A stretch of 64,000 bases of DNA from the human T2T-CHM13v2.0 reference genome, Homo sapiens: NCBI RefSeq assembly GCF_009914755.1, contig NC_060947.1; one strand, written 5' to 3'. Numbering within the stretch: the first letter of the stretch is position 1; every line of letters starts with the position of its first letter. Under the pieces are notes generated by a model that ran no database searches, was not told the origin of the DNA, and saw only the letters and a list, made by a program, of their open reading frames with translations. Below are positions 30,429 to 44,576 of the stretch, one piece after another. Made by a program: the position numbers and the translations under genes.

Positions 30429-30460
<32 letters not shown>

Positions 30461-31478
30461 ATATGCTCCAAAAGAATACTTGTTAAAGACAGAAGAGTAA
30501 AAATAATTTTTAAAGAATCAAAAGCCACATGATCTAAATCCAACCACTGTTAATATTTTGATATCTTTACTTCCAGTCTTATTTCTGTGCAAAAATATTT
30601 ATTGAAAAAAAAGAAGCCAAACACAAGAAACAAAAACAAAAAGAGCTTGACATCTGTAGAACATTTTGTGACTTGTGGGTTTCATTTAGCATTTGGTCAT
30701 AAGCATTTTCTTATTGCATTATAACTTCTGTATAAGAAGTATTTTAATTTAGTTGTATATGTAATTGTGTGGATACCACTATAATTACTTAGCCATTTCT
30801 CCACTCTTGGGTATGTAAATTATATACAACTCTTTGTTATCTAAAATAATGATGTAATTATAGTTTCAATGCATAGATCTCCTGTTTATTTTATTTGAAA
30901 AATTTTTAGTGTTGCATTTACAAACTTTTTTAGCAAAGTTATAGATAGTATATAGTCTGGAGAGACATACAGATCTGCAGTGTTTGTTACAAAACCCAGC
31001 AATCTCTCATCTCTCCTTCACCATTTGCCTTGCCACACGGCATCTTTTAGCTAATTACGTTGCATACTTACTTGCCACTTTTCTAAATAACGGGTTTGAA
31101 CGGAAACTTCTCAATTTTTTTCCATTGTAGGCATTGTCTATTGAATCTCCCCATGGAAGATGATTTGTTTTGCTTTATTTTTCTTCTTCCTGGCCCCCTC
31201 TTCCCATGCACATCCTTCCCATACTCCCAATATCAATATATCATTATTTGGTTAAATCAGTATTTTGTGTTTAAATAACTACGGTTATGTCAACACCATC
31301 CAAAGCTGGGCCATGAGGTCTACAAGGCCCACTTTTTCTTTCCTGCATATATTTTTGTTTCTCAGAAGTTCTTAATTGTGTTGTTAGTGCCTTACTTGGT
31401 TTTCTATGTATTTATCATGAGTTCAAATCCAAATTCTTCACTAGTTGTCTAAATCTTCTCTCAAAAAAGTCAGACATA

Positions 31479-31780
31479 GGTCAGGCATAGTTCATGCCTA
31501 TAATCACAGCTCTTTGGAAGGCTGATGTGGGAGGATTGCTTGGGGCCAGCCTGGGCAACAGAGCAAGACCGCATCTCTACGAAAAATTAAAAAATTAGTT
31601 GGGCCTGATGGTGTGTACCTGTGGTCCCAGCTACTCAGGAGGCTGAGGCGGGAGGATCCTTTGAGCCTAAGAGTTTGAGGTTACAGTGAGCTATGATCAC
31701 ACCACTGTACTTTAGCATGGGAGGTAGAGCTAGACTAGACCCTGTCTCTATAGCAAACAAAGAAACAAATAAACAAAGCC
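31479..31780 (+). mobile_element. AluJ
   Basis: Diverged Alu with CAAA-type tail. Confidence 0.88.
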
Positions 31781-31989
31781 TTCAGATATATTGGGTTTTT
31801 AACGGTTTCATCTTTCTGAAGGAATGGCTCTTGAAGCCTTCTGACCTGCTCCCCTGTGGATGGGGTGGTCCCATGCCTGGTACACAGCTGTCTCCTAGGA
31901 TCCCATTCCCCTCTCTCCTGTGTTGGAGCCCTTGTTTCCTACAACTCAGGTCTCCTTTATCTTGGTCTACTGCACACTTTTTAAAAAAA

Positions 31990-32286
31990 TTTTTTTTTAT
32001 TTTGAGACAGAGTTTCACTCTTGTTGCCTATGCTGGGGTCTAATGGCGTGATCTCGGCTCACTGCAACCTCCCCATCCCAAGTTCAAGTGATTGCCTTGC
32101 CTCAGCCTCCTGAGTAGGTGGGATTACAGGCATGAACCACCACGCCCAGCTAATTTTGTATTTTTCGTAGAGATGGGGTTTTCTCCATGTTGGTCAGGTT
32201 GGTGTCGAACTCCCAACCTCAAGTGATCCGCCTGCCTCGGCCTCCCAAAGTGTTGGGATTACAGGCATGAGTCACCGCACCTGGCC
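31990..32286 (-). mobile_element. AluS (Sq-like)
   Basis: Full Alu; TSD TACTGCAC(A/T)CTTT. Confidence 0.92.
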
Positions 32287-32626
32287 TACTGCACTCTTTT
32301 GATAAAGCATATCTTCCAATATCCTTAGCAATCCTTCCTAAGACAGGAGGCTTGAAAACAAAAATATTTGTGAACTTAGATGTCTGAAATTGATAGTTAG
32401 CATAGATATAAAATTGATTGATAGTTTGCTTGGAAAAGTAAATTCAAGGTTGAAAATAATTTTCCTTCAGAATTTTGAAGTCATTGTCTTCTGGCTTCTG
32501 GTGTTTTTGACACCCCTCCAGTCCCTGCCATATCTATTGTGATGGGCATTCCAAAAGTCCTTCCAATGGAAACACTAATGGCCTTTAATTATGGGAAATC
32601 AAATTTTCTTGTTGATTATTTCCTTC

Positions 32627-32800
32627 TGTGTGTGTGTCTGTACGTTTGTATCTCTGTGTTTATGTGTGTCTGTGCATGTCTTTGATGTTTATGTGTCTTT
32701 GTGTGTGTGCCTCTGTCACTTTGTGGTGTCTGTGTTCATGTACACATCTGTGTCTGTGTGCGTCACTGTGTTTGTGTTTGTCACTGTGCGAGTGTGTTTG
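32627..32800. repeat. Degenerate (TG)n low-complexity tract
   Basis: tgtgtgtgtgtctgtacgtttgtatctctgtg... Confidence 0.9.
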
Positions 32801-33465
32801 GAGCTCCTACTATTTGGACTAATTCTGTAATTTTTTTTTTCCTCTTGCTTTTAGACTGACTTTTTGCTCTACTTTCTGGGAGTTTTCCCACTGGTCAAAC
32901 ATGGGAAAATTTGGAGCATCGAAATAAATGGTAAGAATATATTATAATCCATCAAGTAAAATAAGAATCTGCTACTCCATACTTATATAAATGTATTAAT
33001 AAATAACTAAGTAGGGGAAAGGAAAAGTTTTTTTTTTTAAAAAAGAATGTCGACTAATAAATGTAGAAGGAGTAATAGAATTAGAAAAACACCATTTTGC
33101 AACATCATAGTAATAATTGATTCAGGCAAGAATCATCAATGATGTTAAAATGAATGGGTAGAAGTTTGATGAATACAGGATATTTACAGAGTCTCAAAGT
33201 ATTTTCTCTTCAGTTATGTATTAACTTTAAGTGGAGAAACCTAGCAGACCTCAGCTTAACCAAGTGAACATCACCAAAAATGGGACAAACTGACCTCAAA
33301 TATCTTCTGTTAGGACTGAGAAACTATTCTAGATTAAAGAGAGAGAGACTAGAGAGACACAATAATTAAATGCAATATGTGATCCTGGATTGGATCCTGG
33401 GCCAGGAAAAAACAATTTCTATGAAGGACATTATTGGTGAAATTGCCAAAATTTAAATAAGGGCT

Positions 33466-34171
<706 letters not shown>

Positions 34172-36136
34172 GGCTGTAGTTAGATAATAGCATTGTATCG
34201 ATATTCATCTCCTGATTCTGACAATCATACTGGTTAGGTAAGACTATATTTGGTTTTTAGGATATATACTCTGAAGTATTTAGGCGCACATCTGTCACTT
34301 CTCTAAAATGGCTCAGAAAAAAATGGGTGGGAGTTGGGCAGGGTGGTCGGGGGAGAGCATGAGGAGGAACATACATGGAGGGAGAGCGAGATGGAGGAGG
34401 GGAGGGAATGATAAAGCAAACACAAGAAAGAAGCAAACAATTGGGAATATGGATTTGTATTTTTCCTTCAACTTTTCTAAAGGCCTGAAATTATTTCGAA
34501 ATAATGTTAGAGGGGGGGAAAACCCCAGAAAATAAAAGGAGTGGGAAATTAAAAAGATGACTGGGTGCTCTGGACAGCCAGTGGGGTTTGCTAGCTGTGA
34601 CCTTCCCCGTGAGGACCTGGCTGGGTAGGAGGGGTGGTTGAGGGGCTTCTGATGACAGGTCTTTTGCTCTTTACCCTGGGGGCTCTCTCTTCCGTTCTCC
34701 TGCCTGGAGGTGAAGGCCCGGCTGCCAGTGCAGGTGAAGATGGGGAGCCCACAGCCAATGTGCACACAAGTCCTTGATCCCCTAGTTTTCAGTGTGACTT
34801 GCCACCCCGATATCTCCTTATTATCCCTGAAGACCTTTGATTGACTCTCTCTAGGAAAGGAGACTCCAATCTTTTGTTGGTCTTGGAGGACCATTACCTG
34901 GCTAGGAGGAGTAGGGAGACCGAACCGGATCCAACTGCTTAGAACAGCCTTTTGAATTTCATCCATATTTCAGCTACCTCTTCCCCCTCATTTCCTGAGG
35001 GATCTAGTGCCATTAATTCCTTAACCTTTTGAGGGATTTTGTGGTATAAATCAGGTTGGTTCTCAGCATTCTTTGCTGCCAGTTTAGGATTTAGTTTTTT
35101 TGGTCCTGCTAAGTTATTTGCTTTCCAGCTTTCAAAATTGTGTTTCTATTTTTCTCCTCTCTCATTTTCTCCTGTCTTGTAGTTTATGCCTATTAAAAAT
35201 TCCACTTACTTTCATTTTAGTAGGGGTTACAAGTGTTCAATCCATGATTTTTAACAGCCAGTCTGTGCATAAATCTCTCTGCATTCTTGATGACTTCCTT
35301 TGGATAGCATCCCAGAAGTGGAATTACTGGGTAGAGTGTGCCATCCTTTTTGAGGCTCTTGATGAACTTTGCCAAATTGCTTTTCAATAGGATTATATTC
35401 TCACCAAGTTTCCATGACTTGCCTCTTTTCCTGAATTTTTGCCTGCCTTGCATAGGATCCCTTACACAAATGAAATATTAAAATATTTGTTATTTTGACA
35501 AGAGGAATATGAACTCAGCTTGGCACAAGCCTCTTTAAAGGATGACTTTTTAAGAGAGAAGCTCCAGGTATGGGCAGGAGGCAGAAAGTCGGATTCTGCT
35601 AAATGGGCCGAGGTGGGGTGTGGGGTGAGTTTCAACTCATTCTCGGTGTCCTGTCTACAAGAGGCACTGTGGTCTGTGTGTAGAAGGGAAGGAATTGGAA
35701 ATGAGCATGTGGAAGGCCCAGGTCTCTGTTGCTTTCCAGGGTGGTAGGGGTAGTCCTGGTTCTAGCATGGGCATATTCACTTGGGCAAATTAAATAAAAG
35801 AAAGGGAGAGAAAGAGCAATAACAGTGAAAATGAGGCAGTGATGAATCTACTCAAGGAGCATTACCCTAGAATAAGACCTAAATGGGAGCCTGGAATCTT
35901 CCGTTTAATCCTACTCAATTTCTATGTGTTGTCGGGACCATCTTGTCACACAGGTAATGCTTTAGTGTTTTGAGATATGCATTTGCTTTTATACAGCATG
36001 GCCCAGATATACAAGTCAACCTCTTCCACTTCATACACTGATTTTTTTTTAATTTTTATTTTGGAATAATTTTAGACTTACAAAAAAGTTCCAGAATAGT
36101 ATACAGAGTTCCTTTATACCCTTCACCCAACTTCTT

Positions 36137-36285
36137 CTCTTTTTTTTTTTTTTTTTTTTGATTCAAATAGAGATGGGGTTTTGTTATGCTGTCCAGGCTG
36201 GTCTTGAATTTCTGGGCTCAGGGGATCCTCCTGCCTCGGCCTCTCAAAATGTTGGGATTACAGGCATGAGCCACTGCTCCCGGCC
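36137..36285 (-). mobile_element. Alu monomer (FLAM-like) within an L1M 3' end
   Basis: Poly-T followed by the left monomer only. Confidence 0.85.
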
Positions 36286-36408
36286 AACTTCCCTTCATCT
36301 TAACACCTTACATAATCATAGTACAATGATTGAAACTAAGAAATTAACACTGATAAAATGCTATTTACTAATCTATAGACTTTATTCAAATTTCACCAGT
36401 TGTCCCAC

Positions 36409-36830
36409 TGAGAAAGAGAAAAGCAGCTCATGCCAGCTGGGAACTGACTTGGCATTATCAGTTAGGCCTTACCCTCGGTGTCACTCAGAGCTGGCTTGGC
36501 CCTTGTAGCTTGGCCTTTGTGGTCTCTTTGAACATAAACAATTTCTCAGAACGCCATCAAACAAAGCTGTTCTGTGACCAAGATAGATCAAGACAAAACA
36601 AGGCCACTCTGTACTCTTGTCTGAACACAAACAACAATGTGAACATTGTTCAAACAGAAATTACCGAAACATCCCCTTATCCTGGTTAGTATGAGAATAG
36701 GAGTGACTGCTGTGACTTTACTAATTAGAGCTTTAGCCATGCTTCATTTCCCCTGTCCTATAGATAAGATTTATTGATATATTCAAGCATAGAATTACCC
36801 ACACTCCCTGACAGCATCCAATCCAGAGCA
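36409..36830 (+). mobile_element. MER90-like ERV1 LTR, 3'-truncated
   Basis: TGAGAAAGAGAAAAGCAGC...TGAACATAAACAATTTC...CTGACAGCATCCAATCCAGAGCA. Confidence 0.7.
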
Positions 36831-36852
36831 TTACAAATGAGCAGATATATAA

Positions 36853-37162
<310 letters not shown>

Positions 37163-37737
37163 TGATTTATTATATCCCCTTCTTTTTTATATGAGAGGTA
37201 ACATCCTGTAAATATGCTTTCGCGTTTTGCTTTTCTCCCCCTCACTTAGCACTGTATCCTGCAATTCATTCCCTATCAGGTCATAGAGCTTTTCCTCATT
37301 CATTTGTACGGCTGCACAGCCCTCCATTGTGTAGATGAACTGTAGTTTTTTCAACCACTCTCCTATGTACAGCCATATAGGTTGGTCCCAATATTTTGCA
37401 GTTACAATGAATAACTTTGCTTATTCATTGCAAATATTTGCTAATTCATTACTCAATTGCAATGAACACCATGGCAATAAACAACTTTGAAGCACTGACT
37501 TTTGAAGAGGGACTGGTGCGGGATCTGAAGGCACACGTGTCTGCTTCCAGAGCCAATGCTCCCTCTGCAATGGCACACTCCCTCTAGAGTCATTGTCCAG
37601 GACTGACACTATTCCCTGGTCCCTTGACTGGGACAGGAGTGTTCCTGTCTCCTTATTTGATTCTAAAAGAGCTGTAATGGGTGGGCCACTTGCACAGGCT
37701 GCCTAGCCTACCTTTGCTGGTCGATTACTTTGTTACC

Positions 37738-38056
37738 TTTTTTTCATTTTTTATTTTTAGAGACAAGGTCTTGTTCTGTCACCCAGGCTCCAGGCTAGAG
37801 TGCAGTGGTGCAGTCACAGCTCATTGCAGTGTCAGCCTCCCAGGCTCAAGGGATCCTCCTACTTCAGCCTCCCGAGGAGCTGGAATTTCAGGCACATGCA
37901 CCACCACACCTTGCTAATTTTTTTTTTTTTTTTTTTTGGTAGAGATAGGGTCTCACTATAGTACCCAGGCTGGTCTCGAACTCTGGGCTCAAGTGATTCC
38001 CCCGCCGTGGCCTCCCAAAGTGCTAGGATTATGGGTGTGAGCCACCATGCCTGGCC
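37738..38056 (-). mobile_element. AluJ
   Basis: Full Alu with long mid T-run. Confidence 0.9.
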
Positions 38057-38065
38057 TAAGCTGCC

Positions 38066-38166
38066 TTTTTTTTTTTTTTCAAATTATACTTTAAGTTCTG
38101 GGATACATGTGCAGAATGTGCAGGTTTGTTACATAGGTATACATGTGCCGTGGTGGTTTGCTGCAC
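38066..38166 (-). mobile_element. ~100-bp 5'-truncated L1PA 3' tip
   Basis: T-run then attatactttaagttctgggatacatgtgcag...; TSD CCTAAG(C/T)TGCCTTTT at 38055 and 38166. Confidence 0.9.
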
Positions 38167-38282
38167 CTAAGTTGCCTTTTTGAAGGGTCATTATATCTGT
38201 AAATGCCATGGCCCCTTCCTGTGTGTTGACCCTTCCACACAGCCCACGACCGTCTTTCAACAATGTCATAAAGAGAGGCAGA

Positions 38283-38498
38283 CATGGGCGGGTGCTATGG
38301 CTCACATCTGTAATTCCAATACTTAGGGAGGCCAAGGCAAGAAGATTGCTTCAGCCAAAGAATTTGAGACCAGTCTGGGCAATAGAGTGAGACCCTGTTG
38401 CCTCTACAAAAAAATTTTAAAAAATTAGCCAGGCGTGGTGCTACCACTGCACTCCAGCCTGGACAAAGCCCTGTCTCAAAAAAAAAAAAAAAAAAAAA
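38283..38498 (+). mobile_element. AluJ with most of the right monomer deleted
   Basis: ttagccaggcgtggtg joined via cta to ccactgcactccagcctgg. Confidence 0.88.
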
Positions 38499-39489
38499 GA
38501 GTGTGGACAGGGCAGAGAGTATACTTGTGTGCATGTGAGCATGTGAGCTCATCTGTGCCAATATATGTGAGCAACAGGCCCCAAGGTGGGCAGAAAAGTC
38601 ACATCATCATGAACTGGCAGTGAGGCTGTGGTTTTCAACAGGCCAAACTGCATTCCTCGTTTCTCTTCACGTACTGAGCATGGATGGACTTCTTCAGGCC
38701 CCCAACATTACCTGCTTAAAGAGGATCCCCTTCTGAGCCTGGCTGAGGGCTGGGCTGGGGAGCTAAGGTTAGTGGCTGCTCTGCTGCCATTCATGATCCA
38801 CCCAGAATTTAGCTGAGGGAGGGAAGAAAAATGGCCCCAGTCAGACTGTCTAGCAGCCTGAGGCTTCCTGGTGGCTCCTCTGAGCGGAAGTAGAGGCTTG
38901 GGGTGGGGACAAGAGTCCCTCCCAAGATGCTGCTGCGCTTGCCTTGGCTGGGCCAGGAACCCTTTCTGCCGCGGGAGACCCTCTGCTCTTTCCCTACATT
39001 TGCCTTCAAATATCGACCTCCCGTGTGTGCCGGGCTCTTGAGGGACATTATGTTATTTACACAGGATAATGACTCAGAAAGGATAAATCTTTTTCTCCAC
39101 GTTTTATGGATGGGTAAATGGAGGCTCAGAAAGACTAAGTAACCTGCCCAAAATTACACAGTAACCAGCAAAGTCATGATTTGATACTAGGTCTGTCTGA
39201 TTCCAGAGCTCTAGATCTTTCCAAAAAAGACCACACATCTAACAAAGTATTTATTTTAACTCCAGAAGAAATGTTCAGGCTCATGGAATCACTTATAGGC
39301 AGAAGTCAGATGCTACAGGGGAGGACTGGGAAAGCAGGAGACCTAAAAATTGTCATTTCGTGCAAATCACTGAAATCACTTTCCTTGTTTGAAAAGATCT
39401 TGCCTGCAGGGCTGTGGTTTGGCTCTCCTGATGGCTGCAGCTGGTGAAGTCTGTTTTCAAAGGTCAGTTCCTTTGCCCCATGGTGGTTG

Positions 39490-39799
39490 TTATTTTTATT
39501 TAATTTTAATTTTTTTTTTTTTGAGATGAAGTCTCACTCTGTCGCCCAGGCTGGAGTGCAGTGGCGCAATCTCACCGTAGCCTCTGCCTCCCGGGTTCAA
39601 GCGATTCTCATGTCTCAGCCTCCTGAGTAGCTGGGATTACAGGCAGGTGCCACCACGCCTGGCTAATTTTTGTATTTTTAGTAGAGGCAGGGCTTCACCA
39701 TGTTGGCCAGCCTGGTCATGAACTCCGGACCTCAGGTGATCCTCCTGCCTCAGCCTCCCAAAATGCTGGGATTACAGGCGTGAGCCACCATGCCCGGCC
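39490..39799 (-). mobile_element. AluSx-like
   Basis: Full Alu. Confidence 0.92.
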
Positions 39800-39926
39800 T
39801 AAATATTTTATATATTGCTGCTAGTCCCACACCTACTCCCCTGGGATGTGGAGGTCAAATGAGACCCCAGCAAATGCTGAGAACACTCTATGCCAAGAGT
39901 AGGGAGAATTAGTATTTACAGGCACC

Positions 39927-40086
39927 CAGGGTCAGCTTTGTGGACCTGCAACCAATGCAATCACAGGCGGCTTGAGCTTGGTTTAATGTTCTGCTGTCTT
40001 GTCTTGCGATTCTTAATAATTGTTGGACAAGGGACCTCACGCTTTCATTTTGCACCAGGTGCCACAAATTACGTAGCCTGTCCTGC
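39927..40086 (+). mobile_element. MER45A-like hAT-Tip100 MITE
   Basis: CAGGGTCAGCTT...cttggtttaatgttctgctgt...tttcattttgcacc...caaattacgtagcctgtcCTG; degenerate TIRs. Confidence 0.7.
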
Positions 40087-40376
40087 AGGCTTAAAGACAA
40101 TGGCTGACATAATTCAGAAAAATACCCTAACGCCTCGAATCAAATTCCAGGGGACTGAGAATACACAACACATAATTTCGTTCTACCTGAAGTCACTGGA
40201 GTGTTGATTCTCCTGTCTCCTGGCTATTGAAGGGAAGGCACAGTTCCTGAGGAAGTGGTTCTATCCCATGTAAGGCCAGTACGGTGTATGAAGTACTCCA
40301 AGTGAAAACGGCTAAAGAACTCAATCATTATCCTCAGCAAGAAATTTCCCAGCATCTGCTCTGGTTGCTATGGGGA

Positions 40377-40675
40377 ACACTTGAGGCCAGGAGTTTGAGA
40401 CCAGCCTGGCCAACATGTTGAAACCCCATCTCTACTTAAAACAAAAAACACAAAAACAAAAATTAGCCGGGAGTGGTGGCACATACCTGTAACCCCAGCT
40501 ACTCAGGAGGCTGAGGCATGAGAATCGCTTGAACCTAGGAGGCAGAGGCTACTATGAGCCGAGATCGTGCCACTGCACTCCAGCCTTAGCAACAGAGTGA
40601 GACCCTGTCTCACAAAAAAAAAAAAAAAAAAGAAGAAGAAAGAAAAAGAGAAAAGAAAGAAAGAAAGAAAAAAAG
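40377..40675 (+). mobile_element. 5'-truncated AluS with (GAAA)n tail
   Basis: Starts at cacttgaggccaggagtttgagacc. Confidence 0.9.
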
Positions 40676-41250
40676 AATGCAGAGGAAGCAGGATGGGCAG
40701 AGGGACATTAAACTGTGAGGCAGGCTCATGAGTCTTGATCAGCTGGGTGGGGAGTTCTGGAAGGAGGATTGCCTATTAGAGTTGTTGCTCAATGGGCCAA
40801 AATTGCGGGGCCTTCACACCTCTGCATGCCTAGTCACTGGGTCTAGATATGCCCTAGGAAGGGTGTGACCTCGAGTGAAGGTGGCTGAGGCAGAACCCGA
40901 AGGACCTGATGGCTTAATGCTGTGTGCCAACCATGCCATGCTGGGAAGAGCATTGTTTCTTGAAGGGAGAGCTGGGTGGCTCAGCTCTGTGTCCACCACA
41001 GGGTGGGTGGGGGAGGGTTAGCAGGTGGCTGGCGGGAGGCAGGAAAATGTTCCCTGAAGGCAGCTGAGTGGGGCCTGTGGTCTTCAGGCATGTTGACAAG
41101 AACATCTGCTCTGTCGTGAAGGTGTATGAGAAAAGGACTCTGTGATCTCCTGAACCTAGGAAAAGCCACTAGCTGGGGAACTATTTCTAGGCCACTCCTA
41201 AGCATATGTAGGGCCTGCCTGACATCTGCCCTGCTCCTTAGCACTCAGCT

Positions 41251-41674
41251 TGTATTAGCCCATTTTGTATTATTATAAAGAAATACTTGAGGCTGGGTAA
41301 TTGATAAAGAAAAGAGCTTTATTTTGGTTTATGGTTCTGCAGGTGGTACAGGAAGTGTGGGGCTGGCATCTGCTTCTGGTAAGGGCTTCAGGAAGCTTCC
41401 AATCATGGTGGAAGGCGAAGGGGGAGCAGGTGTGTCACATGGTGAGAGCGGGAGTGAGAGGGAGAGTTGGGGGAGGGACGTGCCACACTCTTTTAAACAA
41501 CCACATCTTGAGTGAGCTCAGCGAGAACTCACTCATCACTTCCAGGAGGGCACCAAGTCATTCATGAGGCAACTTCCCCCATCACCCAATCACCTCCCAT
41601 CAGGCCCCACCTCCAATGCTGGGGATCACATTTCAACATGAGATTTGGAGGGGACAAACATCCAAACCATATCA
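41251..41674 (-). mobile_element. MST (MaLR) solo LTR, same orientation as DIPK2B
   Basis: TGTATTAG...GGCTGGGTAATT...CAAACCATATCA; exact 5-bp TSD CAGCT at 41246 and 41675. Confidence 0.93.
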
Positions 41675-42805
41675 CAGCTTACACTGTGGATGTGAACACA
41701 GCTGTACACATACACAAAATTTTATTGTAATTTATACTAAAAACCAATCTCCCTACAGCTCCTCGGGGGACAGCTCGCCGGTTTTCTCATTTGCTCCGTT
41801 CTGGGACTCGGACAAACGGGGCACAAGGCCTCTTTCTGCTGATACAGGTGGGTCCCAAGTCTGCATTTCCTGTCTGGACTCAGCATCACCAAGGGTTACA
41901 TGATAGTCTTGAAGGAATGTTGCTCAGAATTTCAGGCGACTGGTCTGGAGGAGAGAAGGGGGCAAGTGCTTACCTTGAACCCGTGCAGGTGGACAGATGT
42001 GTGGTGGAGGCATTTGAGGGTTACCTCAGACCACATGCTGACCCACGCAGGGCCAAAGTCGCTCATTGTGTGGAGGCATTTTGCGGTGGAAACACACCTG
42101 GATGCAGGGAGAAGGGCTGGGGCCTGGCTCATGCATCAGAGGGTCTCTCTGGTAAGCCTTCTTCCTCCGTGGGACTCTGGAGGGTCTGGAGGCTGTGGCC
42201 TCTCTCCTGGTCTCTGGTCAGGTGGCCAGCTGGGAGGACAGCTGCAGTCAGGCCAGCAGGAGAGGGACTGTGACTGTGCAGGTGAGAAGGGTGGTCAGTC
42301 TTCACCCTCAAGACCAACTCAGAAGGCAGCCATTTCAAAGCGTCTCAGGCAGCCCAAGCTTGCTGGCCAGTCCACAAGCTTGGCCAGTCATCTTCACTGT
42401 CATGGTTGCCCTGGGGCAATGCCCGTAGCAGTCAAGAGACAAACCCAAAAGGGAACTAGGTACTCCACAAAATAAGGCTTTTCTGGGGTCCATTTTTGAA
42501 TGGGAGTGAAGGAACCAGAATTGGGTAGCACAGGTGAAAGTCAGAGGCTGAAGGGGAGGGCAATAGGAGCCTCCTAATAGCAATGGGGCTCCTCTGATGG
42601 CTGCCATTGCTTTGAGGTCACCCTGACAGTCTTGCTGAACCTTTCTTCGATTTTGAGCTTAGCAAGCTCCTACTGGACCTTCTCTCCTTCACTGGGGCTC
42701 AGCTTGCAGGGGTTCTAGAAATATCTCCACAGATCGCTCTTCCTCCCTGGGCCTCAGTTTCCTCATCTGCACAGTGAGGCCTATTAAGCCAGGTGTTCTG
42801 ACTTT

Positions 42806-43173
<368 letters not shown>

Positions 43174-43224
43174 TAAAGGCTGGCAGGGAAGCTGGGCAAA
43201 TGTACAGAAGAGCCCCCTGCTTAT

Positions 43225-43330
43225 GTTTCAGGGGCCAGGGCAAGAGTGTACATGGAAGCCTACATACCATGTGGCTAAATATTTAAAAAGCAAACTAACA
43301 AACTGTTGAATAAAGTATGTTCTATTGGTT
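43225..43330 (+). mobile_element. MER115-like hAT-Tip100 fragment
   Basis: ccagggcaagagtgtacatggaagcctacataccatgtggctaaatatttaaaa...ctaacaaactgttgaataaagtatgttctat. Confidence 0.55.
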
Positions 43331-43449
43331 GACCTTGAAAAAAGTATTTTTCTGATGAGTGACCTGTAAGGCCAAGTTTGAATGAAAATTCCTAGACTCC
43401 TTAGAGTCCCAACTCGGAGCATGCGGTGTGGAGAGAGCTGGTCCAGGGC

Positions 43450-43872
43450 CTCAGCTGTGGCTACAACAAGAATGTTCTCCCACTCAAGATCTCCTGCTCT
43501 AGGGAGCGGGGCTGACCAGGGACCCCTGCTGCTGTGCTCTGAAATCTATCTTTGCTGTTTCCGCCAACCACTGAGTGCAGCAGGGATGCTAACGGGGTCT
43601 ATTTGTGGGAGACACGGGGCTCTTCTGATGGCTGCCTTTGTCTTGAGGACACCCTGACAGCCTTGCTGAACCTTTCTTTGATTTTGAGCTTAGCAAGCTC
43701 CTGCCAGACATTCTCTCCTTCACCGGGGCTCAGCTTGCAGCTCGACTTACTGGTCCTCCCAATCTTCTCCGGCTCCCTCCTTCTTTCCTTACACACAATC
43801 ATTTCCCCTAACAAATCTTTGTTCCATTCACTCTATCTTGACACATATTCTTGGAAGACTTGGGCTAACACA
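43450..43872 (+). mobile_element. LTR16C-like ERVL LTR
   Basis: caaccactgagtgcagcagggatgctaa...gggagacacggggctcttctgatgg...tatcttgacacatattcttggaagacttgggctaacaca. Confidence 0.65.
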
Positions 43873-44576
43873 TTGGTCCCCCGCCGGCCCCCCTTTATCT
43901 TCTTACCCCTGGCTTCTTCCCACACCACGAGAAGCCCCATGCGCAGGTGTATGGAGCCTCAGGTACCAGGCTCTAGGTGGTGGCAGGCATGTCCCCTTGG
44001 CCTGCAGTCTCCTCATCCCGCGATGGTGTGGGGAGTGACGCAGGGCCATAGGGAGCAGGAAGGGGGCCCCTCTTGTCCGAGTCTAAAGTGGTAGTGGCAG
44101 GGAGCCTGTCCTTCCCCTGCCTTCCCTCCACTCCAGCCTCCTGACCTGAGCAGCTCTTTCTCATGCTCCCCGCCTCTGTGCTTTTCCAGAACACACTTTG
44201 TAACCACCTGGGATGGAGGTGGTGAGCATGTGTCCCAAGACCCATGCTTGGGATATATGCTCAGTGGTGGCTCCATCTGTGTCTTCTTTCACCCTCAGGA
44301 GAGTCTGGTGGAGAACAGAGGAAACTGAGGCTCAAAGACATTGAGTGAGCGTCCACACCCAGGTCTTCTGATGCCCACCGCGGGCTTTGCCAGGACGTCC
44401 CAGCCAGCAGAGACAGCCACGTGGTATCTCACAACTCCCCTCTCAGTCCCTAAGAAATGAGTGTGCCTTTCTTCTCATCTTTAAAAAAGAGCTGCTTCTT
44501 TCTACCTTGCAGCAACCCGACTGGGAGAATGGAGAGCCAAGCGTGTTGTCCCCAAGGCCAGCTAGACACCAGCCCT

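Noticed and set aside
27324-30486. Very long ORFs (up to 714 aa) rich in Tyr/Ile/Phe/Leu
   Set aside because: Translations of the TATATATATT array, which lacks + strand stop codons by composition; not genes
34313-34966. 217-aa minus-strand ORF
   Set aside because: Spans decayed L1M and low-complexity purine tracts; no domain or splice support
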